This document shows positions 1 through 9,033 of a stretch of 64,000 bases of DNA, in pieces. The notes beneath the pieces were generated by a model that saw nothing but the letters and a program-made list of their open reading frames with translations, did not search any database and was not told where the DNA came from. Each line of letters begins with the position of its first letter. The first letter of the stretch is position 1. The translations under genes and the position numbers were made by a program. The DNA comes from a virus. Where the stretch lies: positions 64,001 through 128,000 of IMG/VR virus record IMGVR_UViG_3300010885_057925; one strand, written 5' to 3'.

Positions 1-180
1 AGCTTGAAATAGACGAAACTCACGATACAGCTCGCTCCCGGGCTTGAAATACTTCTTTGTGATTTTCATGCACTGCAGAGCTTTGTCTTCATTGTTCTCT
101 AGCAAAAACGCAGAAGTACGACGTAGCAACTGCTCATAAATGATGCCCACGTTTCTTTTCTTATTATGCTGATTACTCAT
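1..180 (-). CDS. Conserved phage protein downstream of portal (5' part only, runs off window edge)
   Basis: Not in ORF track. ATG at 178-180 overlaps the portal 3' end; reads MSNQHNKKRNVGIIYEQLLRRTSAFLLENNEDKALQCMKITKKYFKPGSELYREFRLFQA with no stop to position 1. Confidence 0.8.
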   Translation of the reverse strand, partial: MSNQHNKKRNVGIIYEQLLRRTSAFLLENNEDKALQCMKITKKYFKPGSELYREFRLFQA

Positions 181-2089
181 CTGCGCTTCCTGAGTTGATA
201 ATCGCTTCTGGCGTCTCTGTGAGAACACCGTTGCTCTTCCTATTTATTCTGCTACTCATGTCTTTGAGAGCTGATCCGATCTCCGGAGTCATCTTGGGTC
301 TGGGGAATTGAGGAGTGTCGTAAAGTTCCTCGACCAAACTTAACGGACGACGGGATTCAAGCTTAGAAGAGTCGCTGAAGTCGACGGAAAGATCGTCTTT
401 GTTGAACGGATCATTGAACGTGTCCTGAGGGCGGCGGTTACTCAGCATGCCCTCGAAGTCTGTCATTCCAATTGAAGCTGCTGTACGCTTGTCTCTCTTG
501 GGAGTGTGATCGTTGCCGAACACATTGCGAATCGTCTTCTCGGCTTTAAGAGGAAGATCTTCATTCTCTATTGACATAACGGCTGGTTTTTCGACTCCGG
601 CAGAGACCAGTTCACCCTCACGTTCGAATCCAGCCGTGATGGCCCCTCCACCGGCGCCACCGCCCCCACCGAGACCACCTGCTCCTTCAGGTCCTGGGAC
701 TGCCTCAAGCTCAGCGTCCTCGCCCTTGTCCTTCTTACGACCTTCCTTAATCTCATCGATCTCCTCATCGGAAAGACCCATGATATTCTTTCTCACCCAA
801 CGACGATCGACAATACCTTCAGGCGCCTTACCCGCGATATCAAATCTGGATGATATCAGCTCAAGCTTCTGCTGCTGAGCGATGGTCGACGGGTTGGAGA
901 GCTTTAAGGTGAAATCAAGAAGCTCTTCTCCTTCATATCCGTGGGAGTAAAGATGAATCATCGCCATCTTGTTAAGCTCAGAAATCACGACCTTCTGGAT
1001 CCTGGAGATCGTTCTTGAGAAACGAATGTCCTCTTGAGCCAGAGTCGCCTTCGCCCCGATATCCTCATCGTATCCAAGGTATGCCTTGGGAATCTTGAGA
1101 GCTGCAAAGAGCTTCTTCTGGATATACTGCACGTCCTCGATGGCCGCAGCGTTCGTGCCGCCGGCCAGCGAGTCTATCTTTGTTCCCGTCTCACCGCCGC
1201 GAACTGGAATGAAGTAGTCCTCGTCAACCGACAACGGGTTGTATCGAAGGTCCATCTTGCCGCTTGATTTATCGACGAGTCGATTACGCTTCAGGCTTGT
1301 CTGAGCCTGCTCCATGAAGTTAGCGACCTCCTCTGGTGGGACGTTACCAACATCGATGTAGAACACTCGTCGTTCAGGAGCACGAACAATACGATACACA
1401 AGCATCGCGTCCTCCATGAGGATCATCTGACGCCAGATTCTACGTGCCGATTCGAGAACTGATGATCCGTAAGGAAGGAAAGCATCGTTAGAAAGCAATC
1501 TGAAGTGTGAGACCTGCCAGTTCTCAAGAACCTGATTCCCTCGGGTGATCCAGCGGAATCGCACAGCCATCGGATCTTTGGGATCGTAGCCCTCTTCACG
1601 CTCCATCTCCGAAATGGGAATCGGATAAGCGTTGATGATGCCATAGTTCGGATGAACGTCGTTGAAGAGGAAAAAATCTCCGTACTTGCAGAGATTTCGA
1701 GTCCACATTGGGAGGTTAAACTCGATGTTCAGCGTGTCGTTGAAAAGAGTCTCAAGCAACTCCTTGATTCTTCTATTCTCGGAATGAATGTGGAGGACAT
1801 GACCGCGCTCATCTTGAGCAACAGTCTCCTCGGCGTAAATGTCAAGGGCTGAGGCTATTTCAGGCGTCGCCTCCATTTCCGAGAAGTCAGAGTATCTCGA
1901 CATTCTGTCGAAAGCTCCGTAAGCAGCGACCGTACTTGAGTAGATGTCGGACTGATTTTTCCTGAACATCTCATACGCTGACGATGCGGTGGGCTCGTGA
2001 TAATCCTTGACTTTTCTACGAATAACGGGCCCAGCTCTGAAGAGCTGAGTAAGACGCTGGAATAAGCTGCGGTTGTCTTTAGCTGCCAT
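173..2089 (-). CDS. Portal protein, T4 gp20-like
   Basis: Motifs PEIASALDIYAEE, LMEDAMLVYRIVRAPERRVFYIDVGNVP, DEDYFIPVRGG, ALKIPKAYLG; adjacent to terminase. Confidence 0.95.
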   Translation of the reverse strand: MAAKDNRSLFQRLTQLFRAGPVIRRKVKDYHEPTASSAYEMFRKNQSDIYSSTVAAYGAFDRMSRYSDFSEMEATPEIASALDIYAEETVAQDERGHVLHIHSENRRIKELLETLFNDTLNIEFNLPMWTRNLCKYGDFFLFNDVHPNYGIINAYPIPISEMEREEGYDPKDPMAVRFRWITRGNQVLENWQVSHFRLLSNDAFLPYGSSVLESARRIWRQMILMEDAMLVYRIVRAPERRVFYIDVGNVPPEEVANFMEQAQTSLKRNRLVDKSSGKMDLRYNPLSVDEDYFIPVRGGETGTKIDSLAGGTNAAAIEDVQYIQKKLFAALKIPKAYLGYDEDIGAKATLAQEDIRFSRTISRIQKVVISELNKMAMIHLYSHGYEGEELLDFTLKLSNPSTIAQQQKLELISSRFDIAGKAPEGIVDRRWVRKNIMGLSDEEIDEIKEGRKKDKGEDAELEAVPGPEGAGGLGGGGGAGGGAITAGFEREGELVSAGVEKPAVMSIENEDLPLKAEKTIRNVFGNDHTPKRDKRTAASIGMTDFEGMLSNRRPQDTFNDPFNKDDLSVDFSDSSKLESRRPLSLVEELYDTPQFPRPKMTPEIGSALKDMSSRINRKSNGVLTETPEAIINSGSADE

Positions 2090-2103
2090 GATTCATAATC
2101 CTA

Positions 2104-3723
2104 CTATCTTCTCGTCCTACTTAAATCATTTACTAGCCATCCAAATTGCGCGTATGGATTTGAAGAGTTTATTGTTTTTCCTGATGATGGCATCGCCTCG
2201 ACCATAATGGGTGAGAAGGGATTCCTGGGGTGTGGAACGACCGGTTCCATATCGTCTCTGTTACGATTGACAGCAAATGCGGCCAGCATAGCCTTACTCA
2301 TTTCGTGGCTGTGCCGCGAATGATCTTCCGAAGAATCGTAGAGCCACGTTGCGATTGCTAATGAAATGACAAGATCATCGTTATACCCCTTCATGGCTCT
2401 GGGAGTTTGACCGATCCAAGTGAAAGTCTTCAGCTCGTCAAAAAGACGGGTTGATCTAACGCGAAGCTGCTTGTTTCTAAGGACTTCCTCGAGCTTCGTG
2501 AGCATCTTGGTCCTGTTGGAGGCGCCAGTCGTGAAACCGATGTTGGCGATGTCCTCGGACCCAGCGTATGCTCCCATGAACTGGTACTTCTTGTCCTTGT
2601 AATAGAGGTTCGGATACCCAAGCTCTTTCAGCTTCATGCAGACGGCGTACCCGTAGCTGTTGTTTTCGGGGCACAGCAACGCCTTGTTGTACCTCATACC
2701 GATCTCATTCAGGAGGACGGCATACTGGTCGGGAGGAACCTTACCCTTAAACTCACAAACTTGCTCACCCGACGTTATGTCTATAACATGACATGCTGAG
2801 TAATCTGCGCCGTCACCACGAGCAACGTCTGCCGCGATAATGTATTTGTGATCTGTCAGAGCATATCTCCAAACCCAAACTCCCATCTCGGGTCCCCATC
2901 TTTCGATGGGAGTTTGGGTCATTGACATTATATGATCTAGTTCATTCGCGCCAAGGAACGTATCTCCTGATGCAGCAAAGTCGCAGAGGAGCTCCTGGGC
3001 GACTTGCTTTCTGGTCATGTTCTTCGATTCATTCTCGAACCAGACGTCGTCACGCTCGGGATGGACATCCCACATGAGCTTGATCGCGTTGAACTCGTTA
3101 TGACCGCCCTCGGCCTCGGCGTAAATCTTGTGGTACTGGCCACCGACACCGTTCGGAGTCGAGAGAACAATCGCTCGACCGCCGGTCGACAGTGTGGGGT
3201 ATAGACCAGTCCAGAGCTCATCGAAGTTTCCGATGAATGCAGCCTCGTCGACGATCAGCAGCGTAAGAGCTTCTGAACGACCCGCGTCTTCCGAAGTGGG
3301 AATCGCTTTAATGGAAGATCCGTTGCTGAACTCGACCATCTGCTTGGTATCAGACTTCATCGATGGCATGATGAGCCACGAAGGCAGATTCTGCAGCATG
3401 ACCTTCACTTTCTTGATGAAGTTCTGCGCGACCGCGAGCTTTGTAGCGATGATCAGTATCGCCTTGTCCTTGTAGAACAAAGCTAGCCACAGGGCATAAG
3501 CTGCAGCGAGAGTCGAGATGCCGAGCTGCCGCGACTTCAGGATGACGTTGAATCGATGCTCTTCGAACTTATCGAGACACTCATCCTGAAACTTGTATGT
3601 TGTGAACGGAACGGTGCCACGTGTGGGGTGCTGAATCTTGACGTACTTGTTGATGAAGTACGATGAATTCTTCCCGCACGCGATTATCTCGGCCACCTGA
3701 CGGTCTTTCGACAGGACCGCCAT
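2104..3723 (-). CDS. terL: Terminase large subunit, T4 gp17-like
   Basis: Walker A KSRQLGIS, Walker B LLIVDEAAF, STPNG coupling motif, nuclease ADVARGDGAD and DDLV. ATG at 3723 in a TGATG overlap. Confidence 0.95.
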   Translation of the reverse strand: MAVLSKDRQVAEIIACGKNSSYFINKYVKIQHPTRGTVPFTTYKFQDECLDKFEEHRFNVILKSRQLGISTLAAAYALWLALFYKDKAILIIATKLAVAQNFIKKVKVMLQNLPSWLIMPSMKSDTKQMVEFSNGSSIKAIPTSEDAGRSEALTLLIVDEAAFIGNFDELWTGLYPTLSTGGRAIVLSTPNGVGGQYHKIYAEAEGGHNEFNAIKLMWDVHPERDDVWFENESKNMTRKQVAQELLCDFAASGDTFLGANELDHIMSMTQTPIERWGPEMGVWVWRYALTDHKYIIAADVARGDGADYSACHVIDITSGEQVCEFKGKVPPDQYAVLLNEIGMRYNKALLCPENNSYGYAVCMKLKELGYPNLYYKDKKYQFMGAYAGSEDIANIGFTTGASNRTKMLTKLEEVLRNKQLRVRSTRLFDELKTFTWIGQTPRAMKGYNDDLVISLAIATWLYDSSEDHSRHSHEMSKAMLAAFAVNRNRDDMEPVVPHPRNPFSPIMVEAMPSSGKTINSSNPYAQFGWLVNDLSRTRR

Positions 3724-4094
3724 CACACTACCTGTAGCGTCACCTGACGACGGTAGTAAGCAACACGACGAGGAGAATTATTGGTCGCGACGATCATCTC
3801 CAGAGAATCCTTGTTGGAGGTCTCCTTGAGTCGAAGAGAATCTCCCGTCTCTTCCTTGAAGCTCTTCTTGATATCATCCACACACTTGGTCAGGATCTGG
3901 ATCGACTCGTGGTTTATTCTGGCAACTTGATCACGCAGCGCGCTCTCAGCCGCGAAATGAACGACGGTCATATACTTCAGGGTGATTGCGTCATCGCCTA
4001 GAGAGCACGTAACAGAGTTGGGCATAGAAGAAACGCCCCAACCCTTTTGGGTGATTTGCCCCAACACTCTTAGATGCTTTTCAGTTAGGTTCAC
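3723..4094 (-). CDS. Hypothetical protein immediately upstream of terL
   Basis: ORF track gives 3723..4109; GTG at 4094 preferred because GAGGAG lies 7 nt upstream; stop overlaps terL start. Confidence 0.7.
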   Translation of the reverse strand: MNLTEKHLRVLGQITQKGWGVSSMPNSVTCSLGDDAITLKYMTVVHFAAESALRDQVARINHESIQILTKCVDDIKKSFKEETGDSLRLKETSNKDSLEMIVATNNSPRRVAYYRRQVTLQVV

Positions 4095-4109
4095 GATTAA
4101 ACTCCTCAC

Positions 4110-4391
4110 TTAATTATGTCGTCTCGAATGCGCGGACGACAGTCTTTTTATACGTATTGCGTCCAGATCTTTTCCCACAGGACGCCAACCTTCCATCCAG
4201 CGTTCTCGATTTGAGTCAGCCACTTCACTTTCGCAATCAAAGCAACAGCCTGTTCTGCTTATGGACGTGATGTCGATCTCATCTCTAACCACGCAGGTGC
4301 AGAGCGGGCAATCTATGGGCGTCATATCTTTCGCTAAATTACCGCGTTTGATGATGATGAAATCTCCAAAATCTTCATAGTAATTTTTCAA
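4110..4391 (-). CDS. Small putative zinc-binding protein
   Basis: CPLC...CCFDC cysteine pairs; TTG start overlaps stop of the SbcCD-like gene. Confidence 0.7.
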   Translation of the reverse strand: MKNYYEDFGDFIIIKRGNLAKDMTPIDCPLCTCVVRDEIDITSISRTGCCFDCESEVADSNRERWMEGWRPVGKDLDAIRIKRLSSAHSRRHN

Positions 4392-7300
4392 AAGTACCTC
4401 ACGTTAGCGTCGATTCCATCATGGGAAATCTCTATAACATTATCAACAATATCTTTGATACTGTCAACGTGAGAAATCACAAGCATATTCTTAAAATTAC
4501 GCTTAAGCGATGTGAGAAGTCGAGCGCAAGCCTCGAGGTTGGTGTCGTCCAGAGCTCCGAAGCCCTCATCGATGATGAATAGATCGGGCTTGGGAATCGC
4601 CGAGACCTCGATCAGGGCAGTCCTGATAGCCAACGAAGAAATCATCTTCTCCATGCCAGAGGACAGCTCTATTGGACGCTTCGAATCGCCGTAATCGATG
4701 AAGATCTCAAGATCACCATCGTCCTCATTCGCAACCAGCTCAACAATGAAATTGACAACTCCCGTTAGGACCTTCGAAATTTCATTATTGATCCTGGGAA
4801 GCTGAGATGCGATGATCTGCAACGGGATCCCGTCCTTACCAGTTGCAGCCAGGATTGTCTCGTAGATCTTCCAATCCGCCTGCAGCCTCTCGATTCTTTC
4901 GATGTCCTGCTCGAGTCGAGAGATTTCAGATCCGATAGCGCCCAAACGTTGATTGTCTTTGAGCATCTTCTTCGTTGTTTCCTGGATCTTCTTCTCTTCC
5001 TCTTCGATCTCCTGCTGCATCTTCTTGACCTCCTCGAGCGCCGATATCGAGGTTGCTGCCCGAAGCTCCTGCAGCGCCTTTCTCACTCTATCAAGATCCT
5101 TCTTGTGAGAATCGCCCAACGAGCTTAAGCTCTCTGCACGACTCTCGTGAGCTTGCAGTGAAGTCTTCGCTCCTGGAAGCTTGGACTGGAGGCCCGTCAC
5201 TTTCTCAAGTCGATCCTTCGTCTCCTTAAGCGCACCGGCATCAAACGATTGACGCAACTCCTCAAGCGTTGTTGCGATGTCATCGAAAGCTTTCTGCTTC
5301 TGCGGTAGGAGCTCGCGATCCTTATGGGAGTCCTTGATGTACTTGCAGGTCGGGAAAGAGTTTCCACAGGGAACTTCGCCAAGTTTCTTGACGGATCTCT
5401 CAAGGAGCTTGATCCCCTCGGACTCAGTCCTGGATCGAACCTCAACCTCATTTATCTTGCTGGAGATCCGCTCCATTCTCTCAACGTCGCGACGAAGAGC
5501 GTCAATATCGAAACCTGCGATGACGCTCTCGATTTTGTCAAGCTTTGTCTTCAGATCATCTCGCTCCTGGATCGCTGCAGACAGGTCCTTTTCATTCTGC
5601 TGAATCTTCTTCTCGAGACCTACAACTTCAGTTTCGTATCTCTTGATGTCGTCCAGAGTATGAGAAGATCCGGGAGATTCACGCTCAAGGATGGCTCGAA
5701 GCTTCTTGACATGAGCATCAAGAGTCGAGCGTTCGGATTCGAGAATCTCCACCTCAGCGTGAAGTGTTGCCTCCTCCTTCCTCTTGTCGTCGATTGCAGA
5801 TCTGATATTGATCGCTGGCACCCGCTTGAGCTCTGACTTGATTGAGCTCGCGCTCTCCTTGGCCAGGAGGTTCAGAGAGTCAAAGACCTGCAGGTTCAGG
5901 AACTTCGACAGGATATTCTTTCGAGCCGTGGCACGCTCTTTGAGGAAGGCGTTCATCTCGCCCTGGGCAGCGAATGAAGTCAGGAGGAAATCATCCGATG
6001 TTCCGATGAGGGAGCGAAGTGCCTTGTCAGAATCCTTGCGCTGCTCTCCCGAAATATCTTCAATCGGATTACCGTCCTGATCAAGCCTGAACAGGTTAAG
6101 ATGGGTGACAGCATGCTGGATACCAGCCTTCGTCTGGTGCTTTACCGATTGACGCTCCGATAGATAGACATCATTTCCCGACTGGAATTCCACGGATGCC
6201 TTGCAGTAATCCTTCCTCGTGTTGATGATGTGAAGGTTCTTGATCGGACCTCGATCCGTGGTGTTGAACAGCGAGTACATGATGGTTCCGGGAATGGATG
6301 ACTTCCCTTGGGCATTTCGACCAAAGATTCCCGTGATCCCGCTCATATTCTCGAAATCGATCTCGTTCTCCTTCCCGTACGCGTAGGTGTTATCCCAGCG
6401 CAAACGCTTAATGGACCACTTGACGTTGCCCAGACGTTCGTCCTCAGGTAGGGAATCGATCAGCTTCGAGACCGTGGAATCAATCTTCGAGAGAGCACCG
6501 GCGTCAAGACCCTTCGATTCAGCGTACCCCTTGAACAGCCCCTTTATCGTCGCTGGATCTCGCAGATTCTCGCGCGATAGAGATGTCGTGCCAGCACGCA
6601 TGTCCTCCTTCGATTGCTCACCCACGAACTTCCAAACTACCTCGGACGCGCCCCGCTTCTTCTTCAGCTCACCAGCCAGCTGACGAGATTCGGAAATCGC
6701 CACGTTCTCATCATTGAGAATCCTGAACCTGGAGCCCGTTGGGAGCTTCTCACAGACTTGTACGGTGGAAGAGACATCTCCCTGCCACTCGATCGAGTGG
6801 AAAGGCTTGGGGTTCTTGAGCTTGACAAAGTTGACGCGGTACTCGTCACGATTCTTAATCTGCCAGAAGAGGAACCCTTTCTCGATCTCCTCACCGTAGT
6901 TCTGCTGGACGGTTGAACCCGGATAAGCGATCCTAGTGCCTCCATCAAGGAACTGCCGACGGTGAATATCACCGAGAAGTGAGAAATCGTATGGTCTGAA
7001 CATGTCAACTGTCACCTCGCCGTCGATAGGCATTCCAGTATCGAGCAGTGATCCACCCACGGCCCCGTGGTAGAGCGCGATGTTGATCAGATTCGGATCG
7101 CTACTTGGACTGCACTTGCTCCAGTTCTCCTCGTCGAAGCATGAGAAGTTGGCAAAGTTGATACCATCAAGCTCGTAGTTGCCAGAATCCTTGAGAAAGT
7201 GGATGTTATGGTGGTCAAGAGCGGCAACAATCGGTGAGATCGCATCGAGGCGCGACTTGTTGTGGATAAGACCATCATGATTTCCGAGGATAACGACGGT

Positions 7301-7519
7301 AGGCCAGTTGGCCAGCTTCTGAAACCACCAACGGAGGCGATCGACAAGCTCAGGAGTAATGCCCTGCGTCTTCGAATGAACGATGTCTCCGCCCACAACG
7401 ATCATGTTTGGCTGAAGTTCGTCCAGCTTCTTGAAGAAGTCCTCAAAAACTTCAGTGTACTCATCATGACGTTGTAGTCCACGCCAGTGGATGTCGGACA
7501 GGTGTGCGATCTTGATCAA
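4388..7519 (-). CDS. Fused Mre11/SbcD nuclease + Rad50/SbcC ATPase (T4 gp47-gp46-like)
   Basis: N-terminal phosphoesterase motifs DIH, GGD, GNHD, GDIH; Walker A GRNAQGKSS; long coiled coil; signature SSGME; Walker B FIIDEGFGALD; H-loop ISH. Confidence 0.93.
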   Translation of the reverse strand: MIKIAHLSDIHWRGLQRHDEYTEVFEDFFKKLDELQPNMIVVGGDIVHSKTQGITPELVDRLRWWFQKLANWPTVVILGNHDGLIHNKSRLDAISPIVAALDHHNIHFLKDSGNYELDGINFANFSCFDEENWSKCSPSSDPNLINIALYHGAVGGSLLDTGMPIDGEVTVDMFRPYDFSLLGDIHRRQFLDGGTRIAYPGSTVQQNYGEEIEKGFLFWQIKNRDEYRVNFVKLKNPKPFHSIEWQGDVSSTVQVCEKLPTGSRFRILNDENVAISESRQLAGELKKKRGASEVVWKFVGEQSKEDMRAGTTSLSRENLRDPATIKGLFKGYAESKGLDAGALSKIDSTVSKLIDSLPEDERLGNVKWSIKRLRWDNTYAYGKENEIDFENMSGITGIFGRNAQGKSSIPGTIMYSLFNTTDRGPIKNLHIINTRKDYCKASVEFQSGNDVYLSERQSVKHQTKAGIQHAVTHLNLFRLDQDGNPIEDISGEQRKDSDKALRSLIGTSDDFLLTSFAAQGEMNAFLKERATARKNILSKFLNLQVFDSLNLLAKESASSIKSELKRVPAINIRSAIDDKRKEEATLHAEVEILESERSTLDAHVKKLRAILERESPGSSHTLDDIKRYETEVVGLEKKIQQNEKDLSAAIQERDDLKTKLDKIESVIAGFDIDALRRDVERMERISSKINEVEVRSRTESEGIKLLERSVKKLGEVPCGNSFPTCKYIKDSHKDRELLPQKQKAFDDIATTLEELRQSFDAGALKETKDRLEKVTGLQSKLPGAKTSLQAHESRAESLSSLGDSHKKDLDRVRKALQELRAATSISALEEVKKMQQEIEEEEKKIQETTKKMLKDNQRLGAIGSEISRLEQDIERIERLQADWKIYETILAATGKDGIPLQIIASQLPRINNEISKVLTGVVNFIVELVANEDDGDLEIFIDYGDSKRPIELSSGMEKMISSLAIRTALIEVSAIPKPDLFIIDEGFGALDDTNLEACARLLTSLKRNFKNMLVISHVDSIKDIVDNVIEISHDGIDANVRYF

Positions 7520-8472
7520 AGGATGCTCCCGCTTCTCATAATTCTAGAAAGATTAATAATACCCTGAAATTTGTCCCAGTTTCGTGCCGATGCTTTCGCA
7601 GCTAAAAATTCCTCGCGGGTCATCTCACCCACATCTTTCTTGTCACCAAGATTGAGGATTTTAACTGGAACATCAAACTCTGATAGAGCTGCTGCCCACT
7701 TATGCTGCTTCTCGGGCATGTCACTGTCAAGCGCCAGAATGACAGGTGTTCTATTCCTGGCGATGGCTTGGAAAAGAGCCGACTTCCTAGACATGTTGGA
7801 TCCCAATATCGCTGTCGCGTTGCTATCACATTTCGTGAGGTCGAACGGTCCTTCGACCAGAGTGAGCTCCTGACGCCAGTCGATGTTCAGTTCATTGAAG
7901 ATGAACTCTCCTCGTGGGACTGGGGGATTCACGTACTTGCCGATCACATCACTGTCGATCGCTCGAGCGGTCCAATAGTTGACCTTCCCTTCGGAATCGA
8001 AAGACGGCATGATAATACGACGTGACAACCTTCCACGCTTGACGCAACCGAGCCTGAAGTACCACATCTCGCGGACTCCAAGTCCGCGAGAACGAATGTA
8101 CTCTAGGCACCCTCGCGTATCCGGATCTTTTGAGTCCTGAAGCTCTGCTAGCAAACGAAACCCAATTGGGATCTCAACCCGTGGTTTCTCGATGACTTCA
8201 TCAAGGAACCTACGCTGGTGTGAACCAGTTATGGTGTCCCACCTCGAAGCCACTTCGGGTGATGACTTCCTCAGCAGCTTCGAGATCGAGGCACCACGGG
8301 CATCGCAGACCCAGCAGTGATACTGCCCCGTGTCGAGCTTAACGACAAGCTTCTGCTTCTTCGAGTGCTGGCATACCGGACAGCGAAATGCTGCGTTGAT
8401 GCCCTTCCTGTCGAGGGAGCACGTGCCGAGAGCCCGTGTCAGTATCTCAATTCTTTCTCGTGTGTCTATCAC
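7516..8472 (-). CDS. DNA primase (zinc finger + TOPRIM)
   Basis: CPVC...HCWVC zinc finger, RRIIMP, EGPFD and LALDSD TOPRIM motifs. Confidence 0.9.
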   Translation of the reverse strand: MIDTRERIEILTRALGTCSLDRKGINAAFRCPVCQHSKKQKLVVKLDTGQYHCWVCDARGASISKLLRKSSPEVASRWDTITGSHQRRFLDEVIEKPRVEIPIGFRLLAELQDSKDPDTRGCLEYIRSRGLGVREMWYFRLGCVKRGRLSRRIIMPSFDSEGKVNYWTARAIDSDVIGKYVNPPVPRGEFIFNELNIDWRQELTLVEGPFDLTKCDSNATAILGSNMSRKSALFQAIARNRTPVILALDSDMPEKQHKWAAALSEFDVPVKILNLGDKKDVGEMTREEFLAAKASARNWDKFQGIINLSRIMRSGSIL

Positions 8473-8478
8473 AAGTAC

Positions 8479-8507
8479 ATTTTACTTGTGAACTACGGTT
8501 TTAACAA
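8479..8507 (-). promoter_or_regulatory. Sigma70-type promoter for primase, probably leaderless
   Basis: TTGTTA-17 nt-TAAAAT, 6 nt before the GTG start; no SD sequence. Confidence 0.6.
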
Positions 8508-9029
8508 GTACGCCGCTCGAGCCATCACATAAGCGTCAGCAGCATCGTTCACGCCCTTATCGTAGACGATCTGACCTTTCTTCTTGCCAGCCTTGACTGT
8601 CCTCCTAGCGAGAGGTTGACCAGTCACGACCTCGACCCACTCCATGATCTGGTCCTTCGTGTCCCGATCCTTGCTGAGACTGATCCCCAGACCCTTACGG
8701 GCAGCTGACGAGTTGAAAAAAATCGGTTCGAAACCAAAAACGACGAACGACTGCCAGGAGACCATACCATTGAATCGACCCAAGGTGAGCAGAGTCGATG
8801 CGGAGCTGAGCCCACGACGAAATCCCTGAAGTGGCTCCTCGATTGAGACTCTCTTTATCTCAGGATATTTCAATCGCAGATTCAGTAGTCCCTGATTAAC
8901 GACGTCCGCCTTGTTGAATAGCCCTTCCTGCTTGTCAAGCTGAAAGCTTCCCATCTCAACGAGATTTCCAGCTTCATCGAGAACAGCCCAGCCAGTCGAG
9001 CTTGTCGAAACGTCGAGTCCAAGTATCAA
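8493..9029 (-). CDS. ruvC: Holliday junction resolvase, RuvC-like
   Basis: ILGLDVSTSSTGWAV, IEEP and DAADA acidic catalytic motifs. Confidence 0.85.
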   Translation of the reverse strand: MILGLDVSTSSTGWAVLDEAGNLVEMGSFQLDKQEGLFNKADVVNQGLLNLRLKYPEIKRVSIEEPLQGFRRGLSSASTLLTLGRFNGMVSWQSFVVFGFEPIFFNSSAARKGLGISLSKDRDTKDQIMEWVEVVTGQPLARRTVKAGKKKGQIVYDKGVNDAADAYVMARAAYLLKP

Positions 9030-9033
9030 GTGA

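Noticed and set aside
640-700. GC-rich stretch in the portal gene
   Set aside because: Encodes a Gly-rich linker (GAGGLGGGGGAGGG) in the C-terminal tail; not a separate element.
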